Shown here one piece after another: positions 18,401 through 27,652 of a DNA stretch of 64,000 nucleotides (its first letter is position 1; each line of letters begins with the position of its first letter). The stretch covers positions 66,553 to 130,552 of the forward strand of contig JAFGDO010000002.1 in NCBI GenBank assembly GCA_016932045.1, read 5' to 3'. The notes beneath the pieces are model-generated. The model was not told the origin of the DNA and did no database searches. It saw only the letters and a list, made by a program, of their open reading frames with translations. Position numbers and translations under genes: made by a program. The stretch is from Candidatus Dojkabacteria bacterium (GTDB taxonomy: Bacteria > Patescibacteriota > Dojkabacteria > JAHIVN01).

Positions 18401-19679
18401 TTAAATTTCAATTCTTTCTGGCCAGGGCTCTTTCATGCAAATAGTCCATACTTTATCTATGTAGTTCAACATGAAATAGTTTTGAGCCAGATGGATCCAA
18501 AAAGAGCCTCTTTCGGTTAGCGCAAATTTTGAATTCCTTTCCCCAAGTAACTTTAGTGTTTTAAATATATTTATTATTAAAGAGATTTTCTTATCTTTTC
18601 CAAACACTTTATTTATTTCGTGCCTGGAAAAATAAGTGTCATATAATTTCCAGTAAAACCAGTAATATTTTGACAAAGTTTTAGAGATGTTCATTTCTAT
18701 CGATATGGGAAGTTTATTATTAAGAAGTGTTTTAATGTATTCGGAAACGTTGAATGTATTGAAGTAAAACATATTTGGAAAGTTTGAAGCAGCTCCTGCA
18801 CCGAAACCTACATAAAAATCTCTTGTTACTGAAGAATATCTAGGTACTGCGCCTTTTTTAAATCCCCATACTGAAACTCTGTTAAACCCTCTTGAGAGAA
18901 GAAAACTATGAATTGTTTTGTAAACTCTTCTTCTTATAAATATATTCGGCATTTTAACTTTCCTAAGTTTTTTTATACCTGCCGACACTAGAGTACGGGA
19001 AGGTAAAAAGGGGATAGGTTGTGATTTGATCAACACTTAATTCTACGGCCTCTTCTAGATCAGAAATGACGTCTGAAAGCTTCTGTGATGGTAAGGCAAA
19101 CATTAGATCGATATTTAAAGATTTAAAATTTCCAGATTTAATTATCCCGATCGTTTTTGGGATGTCTTTTACGTGATAGTTACGTTTAAGGAATTTGAGA
19201 GATTCTTCTTTGAAACTCTGGACTCCTAAACTGATCAACGTTACACCATAGCTTTGTAACTTTCTGACAATTGAACTGGTAATATCCGATACGCTGGTTT
19301 CAATGCAAATATCTCCAGTAACATTAAACCTGCTTTTTATTCTTTTTATGATAATACCGAGCTCGTCTATGAGGTTTGTGGGAGTTCCTCCTCCTATATA
19401 GATTGACGAGATTTTAATTCTTCCCATCTTTTCTGAGTAAAGATCTACTTCTTTTAGGATGGCATCTAAATAGGGTTTTACAAGTTCTTTCTTGTATCTA
19501 ATTCTGTTATAGGGGCAATAGGGGCACATACTTTTGCAAAAGGGAATATGGATGTAAATGCCAATCTTTTTGATGAGAGGTAGAGTGATATTATCTTTGT
19601 CTGCCTTCGAAAAGGCTAATGGTTGTTTATGTCCGATTAAGAATTCTCTTATTAATCTTGTCAATGAATTTACGACCAT
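18401..19679 (-). pseudogene. HemN/HemW-like radical SAM gene split by a frameshift at an A7 run (18968-18974)
   Basis: YIHIPFCKSMCPYC, YIGGGTP, SLGVQSF and NIDLMFALP in ORF1; VGFGAGAAS and LTERG in ORF2; deleting one A fuses them. Confidence 0.85.
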
Positions 19680-19680
19680 T

Positions 19681-20601
19681 TTACTTCTTTGGTAAATAAT
19701 TTATAGCTGAAATAATAGAATTTCTGCTTAATTTTAAAACATTTTCTATTTCAGCATACATCAAATAACCGCAATTTTTGCAAACATCACTTTTACCAAT
19801 TGCCCTACAGCATTTGTATAAATTATTGTTTGCATATATAAAACAAATATCCGAAGGTCTTTCCCATTTGTTATTTAAAATATTTTCTAATGCAGTTTTG
19901 GAATTAAGGATTTTTTTGTATTTATTCTTTAGTAAAAGAAGCCTTCTAATTATGGGTCTCTTAGCCCTTGTGTCTAGAAAAAGCTCGTCATATCCATAAT
20001 AAGGCGTGTGAAAATTAAAAAAGATTCCCTTGATTTGTTTAATGGTTTCCATTTCTTCACAAAATGTCTCAATCTCACATTCATTTTTTTGATTAATAGT
20101 GAAGTTTATGATTATATTTGGATGGGATGATTTTTGAATGTTTCTGATTATTTTATCAAAAATATTTCTTCCTCTTGCCCGCAGTTCATTATTTGTCTTT
20201 TTTAGTCCGTCTAAACTTACAAAAAAAGAATCAGCAGAAACATCAAGTGGAAATGTGCCGTTTGTATAGATGCTTATCCATAAAAAACCCATTCGTCTTG
20301 CTAAATTTACTATGTTTCCTAATTGGTATTTGTTTTCTGTCCAAAGAAACGGCTCTCCGCCTTCAATATAAAGTAGTCTTATACCCCTGTCATAAAGCGT
20401 CCGTAGTCCCTTCCTAATCTCCATGTAAGATAAATCAGGTATATCTTTTCTATTTGATACTCGGCATTGCTTACAGTTGAGGTTGCATCTTTCATTAATG
20501 ACAAGTCCTCCGATCAGAGGATCTTTTTGCCCAAATATTTTTCTCTTTAGGAAGTAACTAATTGAGTAAATTATAATTTGAGTGTTTCTCTCTATATTCA
20601 T
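19681..20601 (-). CDS. Radical SAM protein with C-terminal Cys cluster
   Basis: CNLNCKQC, GGEP, TNG, VSLDG and CC...CKNCG motifs. Confidence 0.9.
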   Translation of the reverse strand: MNIERNTQIIIYSISYFLKRKIFGQKDPLIGGLVINERCNLNCKQCRVSNRKDIPDLSYMEIRKGLRTLYDRGIRLLYIEGGEPFLWTENKYQLGNIVNLARRMGFLWISIYTNGTFPLDVSADSFFVSLDGLKKTNNELRARGRNIFDKIIRNIQKSSHPNIIINFTINQKNECEIETFCEEMETIKQIKGIFFNFHTPYYGYDELFLDTRAKRPIIRRLLLLKNKYKKILNSKTALENILNNKWERPSDICFIYANNNLYKCCRAIGKSDVCKNCGYLMYAEIENVLKLSRNSIISAINYLPKK

Positions 20602-20764
20602 TCTATTATTGATTTTAGAAGATGGCAGTATTAGGCGTCCTTGAATATTTGTCTTGTGAATAAATTTGATTTGAGAGTTCTGCTATTACCTATTACCATT
20701 TGATAATAAATACAAAATTTATATAATGCAACAAGGAATAATTTTTAAATTCTAAACTTCTATT

Positions 20765-21187
20765 ATGGCCACAAGTTATTTTCTAGATAAAGAAAAACAA
20801 CCAACTACACGCAAGATAAATGAAGTTCTTGGAAAATCGAAAAGTTTATGGAAATGCTTAAAAAAATTTGTAGAGGACAGCTATCGGGTCGAGGGAGAAT
20901 ACAAATACTATGGAAAGAACAGTGGGTGGGTGATTCGTTACAAAAAGAGCGGAAGATCTTTGCTAACCTTTAATCCTTTAGAATCTCGGTTTGAAATTTT
21001 AGTAGTTTTAGGTAAGAAGGAAACAGTAGAAGCAAGAAAAGAAAAATTTGGAGCAAACATTACTAATATATTCAAAAAAGCTAAACAGTATCATGACGGA
21101 AAATGGTTGTTTATTACTGTAAGTTCAAAGAAGGACATTGAGGATATCAAGAAGCTTTTAATTATAAAAAGAAAACCAAAGAAGTAA
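20765..21187 (+). CDS. DUF3788-like protein
   Basis: YYGKNSGWVIRYKKSGRSL and YHDGKWL motifs. Confidence 0.75.
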   Translation: MATSYFLDKEKQPTTRKINEVLGKSKSLWKCLKKFVEDSYRVEGEYKYYGKNSGWVIRYKKSGRSLLTFNPLESRFEILVVLGKKETVEARKEKFGANITNIFKKAKQYHDGKWLFITVSSKKDIEDIKKLLIIKRKPKK

Positions 21188-21279
21188 ATGATCAGGGGAT
21201 TTATCTGACGACTTCTTTACTTCTTGGCTTCTGTAATATATTCTAATAGTAGCTCTAGCTATATTTAAGCTTCAATAAG

Positions 21280-22404
21280 TTGCGCAAGAAATTTAAAAAA
21301 ATATTGTACTACCTATTACCTATACTTCTTATTGCTGTTTTTTTTACTTCACCTCAATCTGTTCTATCAGAAGAACCAGAGGGGCTGAGGGTTATACGAG
21401 TAGGTGCTTATGATAATTATCCTAAAATATACACGGATGATAATGGTAATCAAGCAGGGATCTTTCCTGATATACTGAAGTATATTGCTGAAGAGGAAGA
21501 CTGGAAGCTCGAATATGTAAAGGGGACTTGGACTGAGTGTCTTGATAGGCTGGAAAAGGGGGAGATTGATCTAATGGTAGATGTTGCTTATTCGGCTGAG
21601 AGAGGACTTGAGTATGATTTTACTAACGAGACTGTACTTATAAATTGGGGTGTAATTTACTCAAGAAGTGATGCAAATATAAAGTCCATTCCGGATCTTG
21701 AAGGTATGACTATTGCCGTAATGAAGGAAAGCATTCATACTGTCGGAGAGGATAGTATGACAGATTTGGCTCAGAAATTCGAACTAGATGTTACATTTAT
21801 TGAGGTTGAGGATTATCATCAAGTTTTTGAAGCTCTTGAGAAAAAAGAGGCTGACGCAGGAGTAGTAAATAGAATATTTGCAGATACATTTGCAAAAGAT
21901 TATGATGTAACAAGGACTTCCATAGTGATTAATCCAATCAAGCTTAAATTCGCTCTTCCCAAAGATGCTAGTTTAAACGAGTATTTGATTCAAAGAATTG
22001 ATGATCATGTTTATCAACTGAAAAAGGATCCTTACTCAATTTATTATAAATCTCTTGAAGAATACTTAGGCTCACTTGAGGAAGTAAGGGTTGTTGAGAA
22101 CATACCTAAATGGATGCTATTTCTTACTCTTGGTATTGGAGGATTATTAATTGGCTTTTATTTATTTAGTTCAGAGCTGAGGCGGAGAGTCAAGAAAAAG
22201 ACAAGCGAGTTAGAAAAGACAAATAAAGAATTGCAGAATACGATTATTGGCCAGAAGGAAACTCAAAAGGAATTAGAAAGAAAAGAGAATCGGTTAAGGC
22301 AGAAAATCAAAGAATACGAAGAACTCAACCGGCTTGTTGTTAAACGTGAGGTGAGAATGGGGGAGTTAAAGGATATGGTAGAAAAGATGAAGGGGAAGAA
22401 ATAG
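21280..22404 (+). CDS. Extracytoplasmic solute-binding (PBPb) sensor with TM and coiled coil, no output domain
   Basis: VGAYDNYP, GIFPDIL, WTECLDRLEKGEIDL; TM near residue 280; ends ELNRLVVKREVRMGELK. Confidence 0.8.
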   Translation: MRKKFKKILYYLLPILLIAVFFTSPQSVLSEEPEGLRVIRVGAYDNYPKIYTDDNGNQAGIFPDILKYIAEEEDWKLEYVKGTWTECLDRLEKGEIDLMVDVAYSAERGLEYDFTNETVLINWGVIYSRSDANIKSIPDLEGMTIAVMKESIHTVGEDSMTDLAQKFELDVTFIEVEDYHQVFEALEKKEADAGVVNRIFADTFAKDYDVTRTSIVINPIKLKFALPKDASLNEYLIQRIDDHVYQLKKDPYSIYYKSLEEYLGSLEEVRVVENIPKWMLFLTLGIGGLLIGFYLFSSELRRRVKKKTSELEKTNKELQNTIIGQKETQKELERKENRLRQKIKEYEELNRLVVKREVRMGELKDMVEKMKGKK

Positions 22405-22528
22405 TGTTTAAATCTGCAATCAACAGTCTAACATCGAACATCAAACTTACAACTCATTACTCATATCTCACAACTGGTAGCTTTATAGCTTCAGACCAAG
22501 TAACCATCCTGCTATGTAACAATTTCTC

Positions 22529-23446
22529 TTACTCCTGCACACACGTTCCGTATCCATAGTAGTAGTCGACATTGACCGATTGACAGTCACTGTATGATGA
22601 GTAAGGACCGGAACTATAAGGAGCAGAACCAGATCTCCAGGCAGCCTCAGGCGCATATAAATACCATACTTCATTAACTGTAAACCATTCTTCGATGACA
22701 TCTCCATTCCTGCTGTGACTTGGAATTAACATCTCTCCTAAAAAATCAAAGAAACCGGAGAAATATAGGATAGTAAAAGTTACTATTATAGCAATAATTA
22801 TTACGATGGCATTTCCCGTTGATGTTTGAGCAAATTTTACCTCTCTAACTGGTTCAATCGCAGGCGTTGTAAGTTCTCTGTCGATTGTCCGGTTATTTGC
22901 CCAAAGGATAAAGCCGATGAAAAGTAATACTAAAATAAATAGGAATGAAGGGCAGAATTGTTCAGCTTGATCTGGTTCAAGCCATTTATCTACGACAGAC
23001 TCAGATATTCCTGTGATAAAGATATGAATCTTGAACCAGTAAAAAGTAATTATTAAAGTAATTGTAGATACTATATAAATAATACTTTTTATCCAGAAGA
23101 ATCTATGGAAGATTTTTCCTTTAATCAGCTCACAAGCAGACTGCTCCTTTATTTTAGTCCATTTTAAGAAGATGTATGAATATGAAGAAAGAATTATAAA
23201 CAAGATAAGAAATAGTAGAAGGGAAGGGTCGGTCAAAGCTTTCGTCAAATTCTGGTCAAGCGTATCGCCGAGCAACTTTTCAATTATATTCGAAAGTATA
23301 TCAAAGAAACCAATGAGGTATAAGATAAATGTAAAAATAAAAAAAAGCGTTAATGGAATAATATCCTTTATTTGAATAAAAGGTTCCTTGCTTTTTTCCT
23401 TTTTTTCTTGAGACTTTTTTGGTAATTTCTCCACCATTTTTTGCAT
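22529..23446 (-). CDS. Hypothetical multi-TM membrane protein
   Basis: 5 TM segments and a short Tyr/Ser-rich Cys-bridged C-terminal domain. Confidence 0.65.
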   Translation of the reverse strand: MQKMVEKLPKKSQEKKEKSKEPFIQIKDIIPLTLFFIFTFILYLIGFFDILSNIIEKLLGDTLDQNLTKALTDPSLLLFLILFIILSSYSYIFLKWTKIKEQSACELIKGKIFHRFFWIKSIIYIVSTITLIITFYWFKIHIFITGISESVVDKWLEPDQAEQFCPSFLFILVLLFIGFILWANNRTIDRELTTPAIEPVREVKFAQTSTGNAIVIIIAIIVTFTILYFSGFFDFLGEMLIPSHSRNGDVIEEWFTVNEVWYLYAPEAAWRSGSAPYSSGPYSSYSDCQSVNVDYYYGYGTCVQE

Positions 23447-23507
23447 TAAATGATGCTAATAATATAGCATAACTGAAGGATGTATAGAAGATTATTATCA
23501 AGGGGCA

Positions 23508-23540
23508 TTCTGGTCCCTGAGTTTTACTCTGGGACCAGAA
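23508..23540 (-). terminator. Hairpin, possible terminator
   Basis: TTCTGGTCCC...GGGACCAGAA inverted repeat downstream of the small ORF. Confidence 0.5.
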
Positions 23541-23600
23541 GTTTCTTAGTGCTTATTCTGCAAAACCAAACTCCATACCTTTATTAGGGCCCGCTCTAGC

Positions 23601-23711
23601 TTAAATTCCTTTAGCTAATCCTTCCTGAGCTAGTACTGGAAAAGTAAAAGCTACTAAGTCTAGGATAGCAATTATCGGAATTGCTATTAGTGCCATTATC
23701 TTTTTACTCAC
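23601..23711 (-). CDS. Small signal-peptide-like ORF (36 aa) or truncated exported protein
   Basis: GTG start; MSKKIMALIAIPIIAILDLVAFTFPVLA-QEGLAKGI*. Confidence 0.45.
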   Translation of the reverse strand: MSKKIMALIAIPIIAILDLVAFTFPVLAQEGLAKGI

Positions 23712-23789
23712 CTTAATAATATAAGAATTTAGATAAAAATTTTAGGTGGGCTAATCCCCTGTGCGTTGAAAGTTTTTCTTCCTCTCATA

Positions 23790-23816
23790 TACGAGGAAAA
23801 AAGAGTATTTGTTTCA
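23790..23816 (-). promoter_or_regulatory. Candidate ECF-sigma promoter
   Basis: Minus strand TGAAAC-N17-CGTA, resembling the Bacillus SigW-type consensus. Confidence 0.4.
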
Positions 23817-23912
23817 CTCCCAACTGGTAAGAGAGGTACTAGATTTTTCCGATTTAACTTAATAAAAGAAATAAGTTAAAATTCATAAAAGTAATTTTTG
23901 CAGGATTAGCTA

Positions 23913-25256
23913 ATGGAGAGCTTGATTAAGTTTTTTGCAGATATTGGCGTACGCTTAAGAAAAGTTTTTGGAAAATTAGATCTTGAAAAGGGTTCTAATT
24001 TTTTATTAGCGAGCCTATTTTCTATTCTTATTCTTGTATATCAAATTCCCTCATTTCTTTTTCGTCGGAAAGAATCCTTTACTAATTATTTTATCGGAGA
24101 TGACGCGCCCCAAGAGGTTTCGGTTCTCCCAATTGCTTCACAAATTATTGTTCTACTTGTATTTGCTTTTATTCTTTATAAACTTGTCTTAACTAAGAAG
24201 ATTAAAGTCACAGTATTTTGTCTTTTTTTGTTTTCATTTCTTCACTTATTCACTTGGGGTATACTTATAAAATCTGGATGGAATTCAAACTTTTTATTAT
24301 CTCCCTTATTTTTCATTCTATTTTGGCTTGTGGGACTGGCTGGGCGTTATAGTGATGAGACAAGCAAAATGAATGGTTTAAAACAAGCGGTCTCCCAGTA
24401 TGTGAATCCACAGATTCTAGAAAGAATTCTAACTAACCCGAAATCACTAAGGCTTGGAGGTCAGACAAGAACTATGACAGTTCTTTTCACAGACATAAGA
24501 AACTTTACAACGATCTCCGAAAACTCTCAGGCAAAAGATCTTATTACTTTTGTTAATGATTATTTTAACAGCATTACGCAAACTATCCTGAGAAATGATG
24601 GAACGATTGATAAGTTTGCCGGCGATTCACTTATGGCTTTTTGGAATGCACCTCTTGCTGATCCTGAACATTCATTAAGAGCCTGTATTACCGCACTAAA
24701 AATCGTGCAAGATGTCTCTTCTTTTAATGAAGAACATAAAAAGAAGAAGGGTTTTCCGAGAATTGAGACCGGCATTGGTATAAATACCGGAAGAATAATA
24801 GTCGGCAATGTCGGAAGTAGTAGAAGATTCGACTATACTGTTCTTGGGGATGATGTAAATGTTGCCTCTCGTCTCGAAAGTCTTACAAAGATATACAAGG
24901 TTCCGATAATGCTAGGTCATAATACGGTACTTGCATTGAAAAGAGTAGCAAAATTTAGCGAGTTCAGTATAAGACTTTTAGATATCGTCAAAGTAAAGGG
25001 CAAGGGAAAGAATATTGGTATCTATGAACTTATGGGGCCAAGGGAGGAAAAACTGGAAGGATTTGTATCTATATATGAGGAAGCATTTAATTTATACAAG
25101 GAAGGGAAATTTAATGAGGCTTCTTCGAAGTTTATACAGATACTGAGTGAAAGAAATGATTACCCTAGTAAAATGATGCTTGTTAGGTGTTATCAATTTA
25201 TGGAGGAAGCTCCAAAAGCCGATTGGGATGGTACGTGGGAGTGGGGAAGTAAGTAG
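23913..25256 (+). CDS. Membrane-bound class III adenylate cyclase
   Basis: 4 TM; FTDIRNFT, DKFAGDSLMAFWNAP, DYTVLGDDVNVASRLE and VKGK motifs; C-terminal helical WDG tail. Confidence 0.93.
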   Translation: MESLIKFFADIGVRLRKVFGKLDLEKGSNFLLASLFSILILVYQIPSFLFRRKESFTNYFIGDDAPQEVSVLPIASQIIVLLVFAFILYKLVLTKKIKVTVFCLFLFSFLHLFTWGILIKSGWNSNFLLSPLFFILFWLVGLAGRYSDETSKMNGLKQAVSQYVNPQILERILTNPKSLRLGGQTRTMTVLFTDIRNFTTISENSQAKDLITFVNDYFNSITQTILRNDGTIDKFAGDSLMAFWNAPLADPEHSLRACITALKIVQDVSSFNEEHKKKKGFPRIETGIGINTGRIIVGNVGSSRRFDYTVLGDDVNVASRLESLTKIYKVPIMLGHNTVLALKRVAKFSEFSIRLLDIVKVKGKGKNIGIYELMGPREEKLEGFVSIYEEAFNLYKEGKFNEASSKFIQILSERNDYPSKMMLVRCYQFMEEAPKADWDGTWEWGSK

Positions 25257-25276
25257 AATCTATCAGTACTTACATT

Positions 25277-26239
25277 TTGTTAAAGTTAGTTAGTGTAGTT
25301 ATGATTTACATCATTATTGGATTAGCAACTGTTACATCAATTTATTTAGTTCTGTGTTATTTCCTTGCCGGAACTATAATCTACCTTGATCGCCAATCAG
25401 TGCCTAAAAATCCAAGCGACTATGGTATGGACTTTGAAGATATAGAATTTCAAGCATCGGACGGAGTGAATATTAGAGGTTGGCTTATCCCCGGATCTTC
25501 AAGTAAGTTAGTAATAATGACTCATGTCGGAGGCCTAACAAAATATGGTTCAACAAAGGAATTTAGAAGTTTATCTAAACTATATAATGAGGAAATAGAA
25601 TTCTTAAAAACAGCAAAACATCTATATAAGAAAGGATATGCCATTCTTATGTTTGATTTTAGGAATCACGGAGAAAGTGATCCTAGTCCAAATAAAGGAA
25701 TTGCAGGGGTAGGATTGGAGGAATACAGGGATGTTGTAGCAGCTATGCATTTCATTAAGTATAGAAAAGATTTACGTGAGAAGGAAGTGGGCTTTGTGAG
25801 CTACTGTATGGGAGCAAATTCTACAATAATTGCAATGAGTAAAAACCCAGAGGCTTTCGGAAAGGTTAAGTGTCTTTTTGCTATTCAGCCTATATCCATG
25901 GAAGTGTTTATCCGGACCTATGCCAAAAAAATATTCACTCCACTGGGAGCAAAGCTTCTCTTGCCTATGATTAAGCAATTTATAGTCTTACGAGGTGGAG
26001 AACCATTAGAAAAGATGTCTCCTAAAGGTTATGCAAGAGATTTAAATGTTCCAACAATGTATGTTCAAGCACGGAATGATCCCTGGACAGAACTTTCTGA
26101 TATTCAAGGTTTTTACGAGGAAACTCCAGGGACGAAAAAATTTTTCTGGATTGAAGATACAAAGCACCGATTTGAATCTTATAGCTATTTTGAGGAAAAA
26201 CCTAAAAAGATGCTTGAGTGGTTAGAGAAATGGATGTGA
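25277..26239 (+). CDS. Alpha/beta hydrolase with N-terminal TM and Cys nucleophile elbow
   Basis: DGVNIRGW, FDFRNHGES, SYCMG, D(PW) and H(RF) motifs. Confidence 0.88.
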   Translation: MLKLVSVVMIYIIIGLATVTSIYLVLCYFLAGTIIYLDRQSVPKNPSDYGMDFEDIEFQASDGVNIRGWLIPGSSSKLVIMTHVGGLTKYGSTKEFRSLSKLYNEEIEFLKTAKHLYKKGYAILMFDFRNHGESDPSPNKGIAGVGLEEYRDVVAAMHFIKYRKDLREKEVGFVSYCMGANSTIIAMSKNPEAFGKVKCLFAIQPISMEVFIRTYAKKIFTPLGAKLLLPMIKQFIVLRGGEPLEKMSPKGYARDLNVPTMYVQARNDPWTELSDIQGFYEETPGTKKFFWIEDTKHRFESYSYFEEKPKKMLEWLEKWM

Positions 26240-26301
26240 GAATTCCCTAAATGTAACTTTTGTTCGGGAGTTAAATTTTAATACTGGTTAGCGCCAACAA
26301 G

Positions 26302-26323
26302 ACAAGGGGTTTAAACCCCTTGT
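26302..26323. repeat. Perfect palindrome (REP-like), copy 1
   Basis: ACAAGGGGTTTAAACCCCTTGT; identical core at 51403-51424. Confidence 0.8.
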
Positions 26324-26364
26324 TAGAAAAAATTGCGAAACTGAAGTTTTCTCACTAAAATTTT

Positions 26365-27228
26365 TCATTTAATGATTCTTTTATCTATTCGTATGTCATA
26401 AGATTTATAGCGCAAGCAGTAACCAGCCACTTTATTTGCAAATTCTATACTTTTTGCATCATCTCTGGTTTGAAAAAATTTGTAAGCAAAACTTGCACTA
26501 AAGATATCACCCGAACCTGTGGAGTCGACTATTTTCGGAGCTTCCTTTGTTGGGAAATTTATAACTTTTGTTTTAGTGATTAGATCGGCTCCGGATATTA
26601 AATCAGCCCCGTCCTTCCCTTTTGTAATGATTACTTTACTTTTATTACCGTTGAGCCACTTTTTAGAAAGATTCGCGATGTCAGGGTAGTCCTCATCCGA
26701 TAGAATAGTAAAATCAAAAAGATACAAGAGATCAGATGCCTCTTTAAATTCTCTAAACCCAACTCTATCTTTTCCATCAAACCTTCTGAAGTATCCTTGA
26801 GGGAGTAGTATTTTCAGAGTGTTAGAATTAAATCGCGTAATTTTATTAACAAAATCCGTAGGATAATTTGCAAGGATTGGAGAGACAAATAATATATCTG
26901 TATTTTTTAGAATTTGTATTACCTTGCTATCGGTGTTAATTGGTGGAGAGTTGTATCTATTTAAAGCATATTGGGTTCTTTTTTTGTTTTTTACAATATT
27001 TTTATAAACAAGAGTCTTTTTAAATTGAGGTACTTTCGGATAAATTTGAGTCTTCTCATTATACTTTTCGAAGTCCAATCCTTGATGAGAAAGTACTTTT
27101 ATTGAGGTATCCGGAAATTGTTTTAATATTTTTGTTATAAAAATAGCAGGACTTCCAGCAGCTTCATATTTTGCATTCTCAACCTCATTCCTGTCTATAC
27201 AAACGTGGCCTACAATAGTTATATCCAT
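26365..27228 (-). CDS. PfkB-family carbohydrate kinase
   Basis: VGHVCID, ITKGKDGA and DSTGSGDIFSA motifs. Confidence 0.9.
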   Translation of the reverse strand: MDITIVGHVCIDRNEVENAKYEAAGSPAIFITKILKQFPDTSIKVLSHQGLDFEKYNEKTQIYPKVPQFKKTLVYKNIVKNKKRTQYALNRYNSPPINTDSKVIQILKNTDILFVSPILANYPTDFVNKITRFNSNTLKILLPQGYFRRFDGKDRVGFREFKEASDLLYLFDFTILSDEDYPDIANLSKKWLNGNKSKVIITKGKDGADLISGADLITKTKVINFPTKEAPKIVDSTGSGDIFSASFAYKFFQTRDDAKSIEFANKVAGYCLRYKSYDIRIDKRIIK

Positions 27229-27652
27229 TTCGGGTGGTAAAAATATTTCAGGTGAGATTATATAATAGTTACTTTATAGAAGACCAATAAGATTTATTGA
27301 TGTCATGATTACTTTATTAAATGTTTCGTGTAACTGTTCTTTTTTTAAGGAGTTCAACTTCTGAAGTGTGTTTATAGCATCGATCCTTTAATCCGTCCGA
27401 TTTTCTAGGATAATATTCACAGAAAGAATAGAGAATTTACTAAAAGTATTATCTGGTGTATCAATAGTAGTATCCGGTATTATTGCCTCCTTTTGTGGAA
27501 TGACAGGATTATCTGACTTACTAAAAATATTGATAAATTCGATACTTGGTAGGATTGCGATGGTAGTGATTGGCTTGAGTTATTTTACTATTGGTCTCTG
27601 GAAAGTAGGGCGTATTCAAAAATCTGGTTCTAAATCGGATATGTGATTCTTG

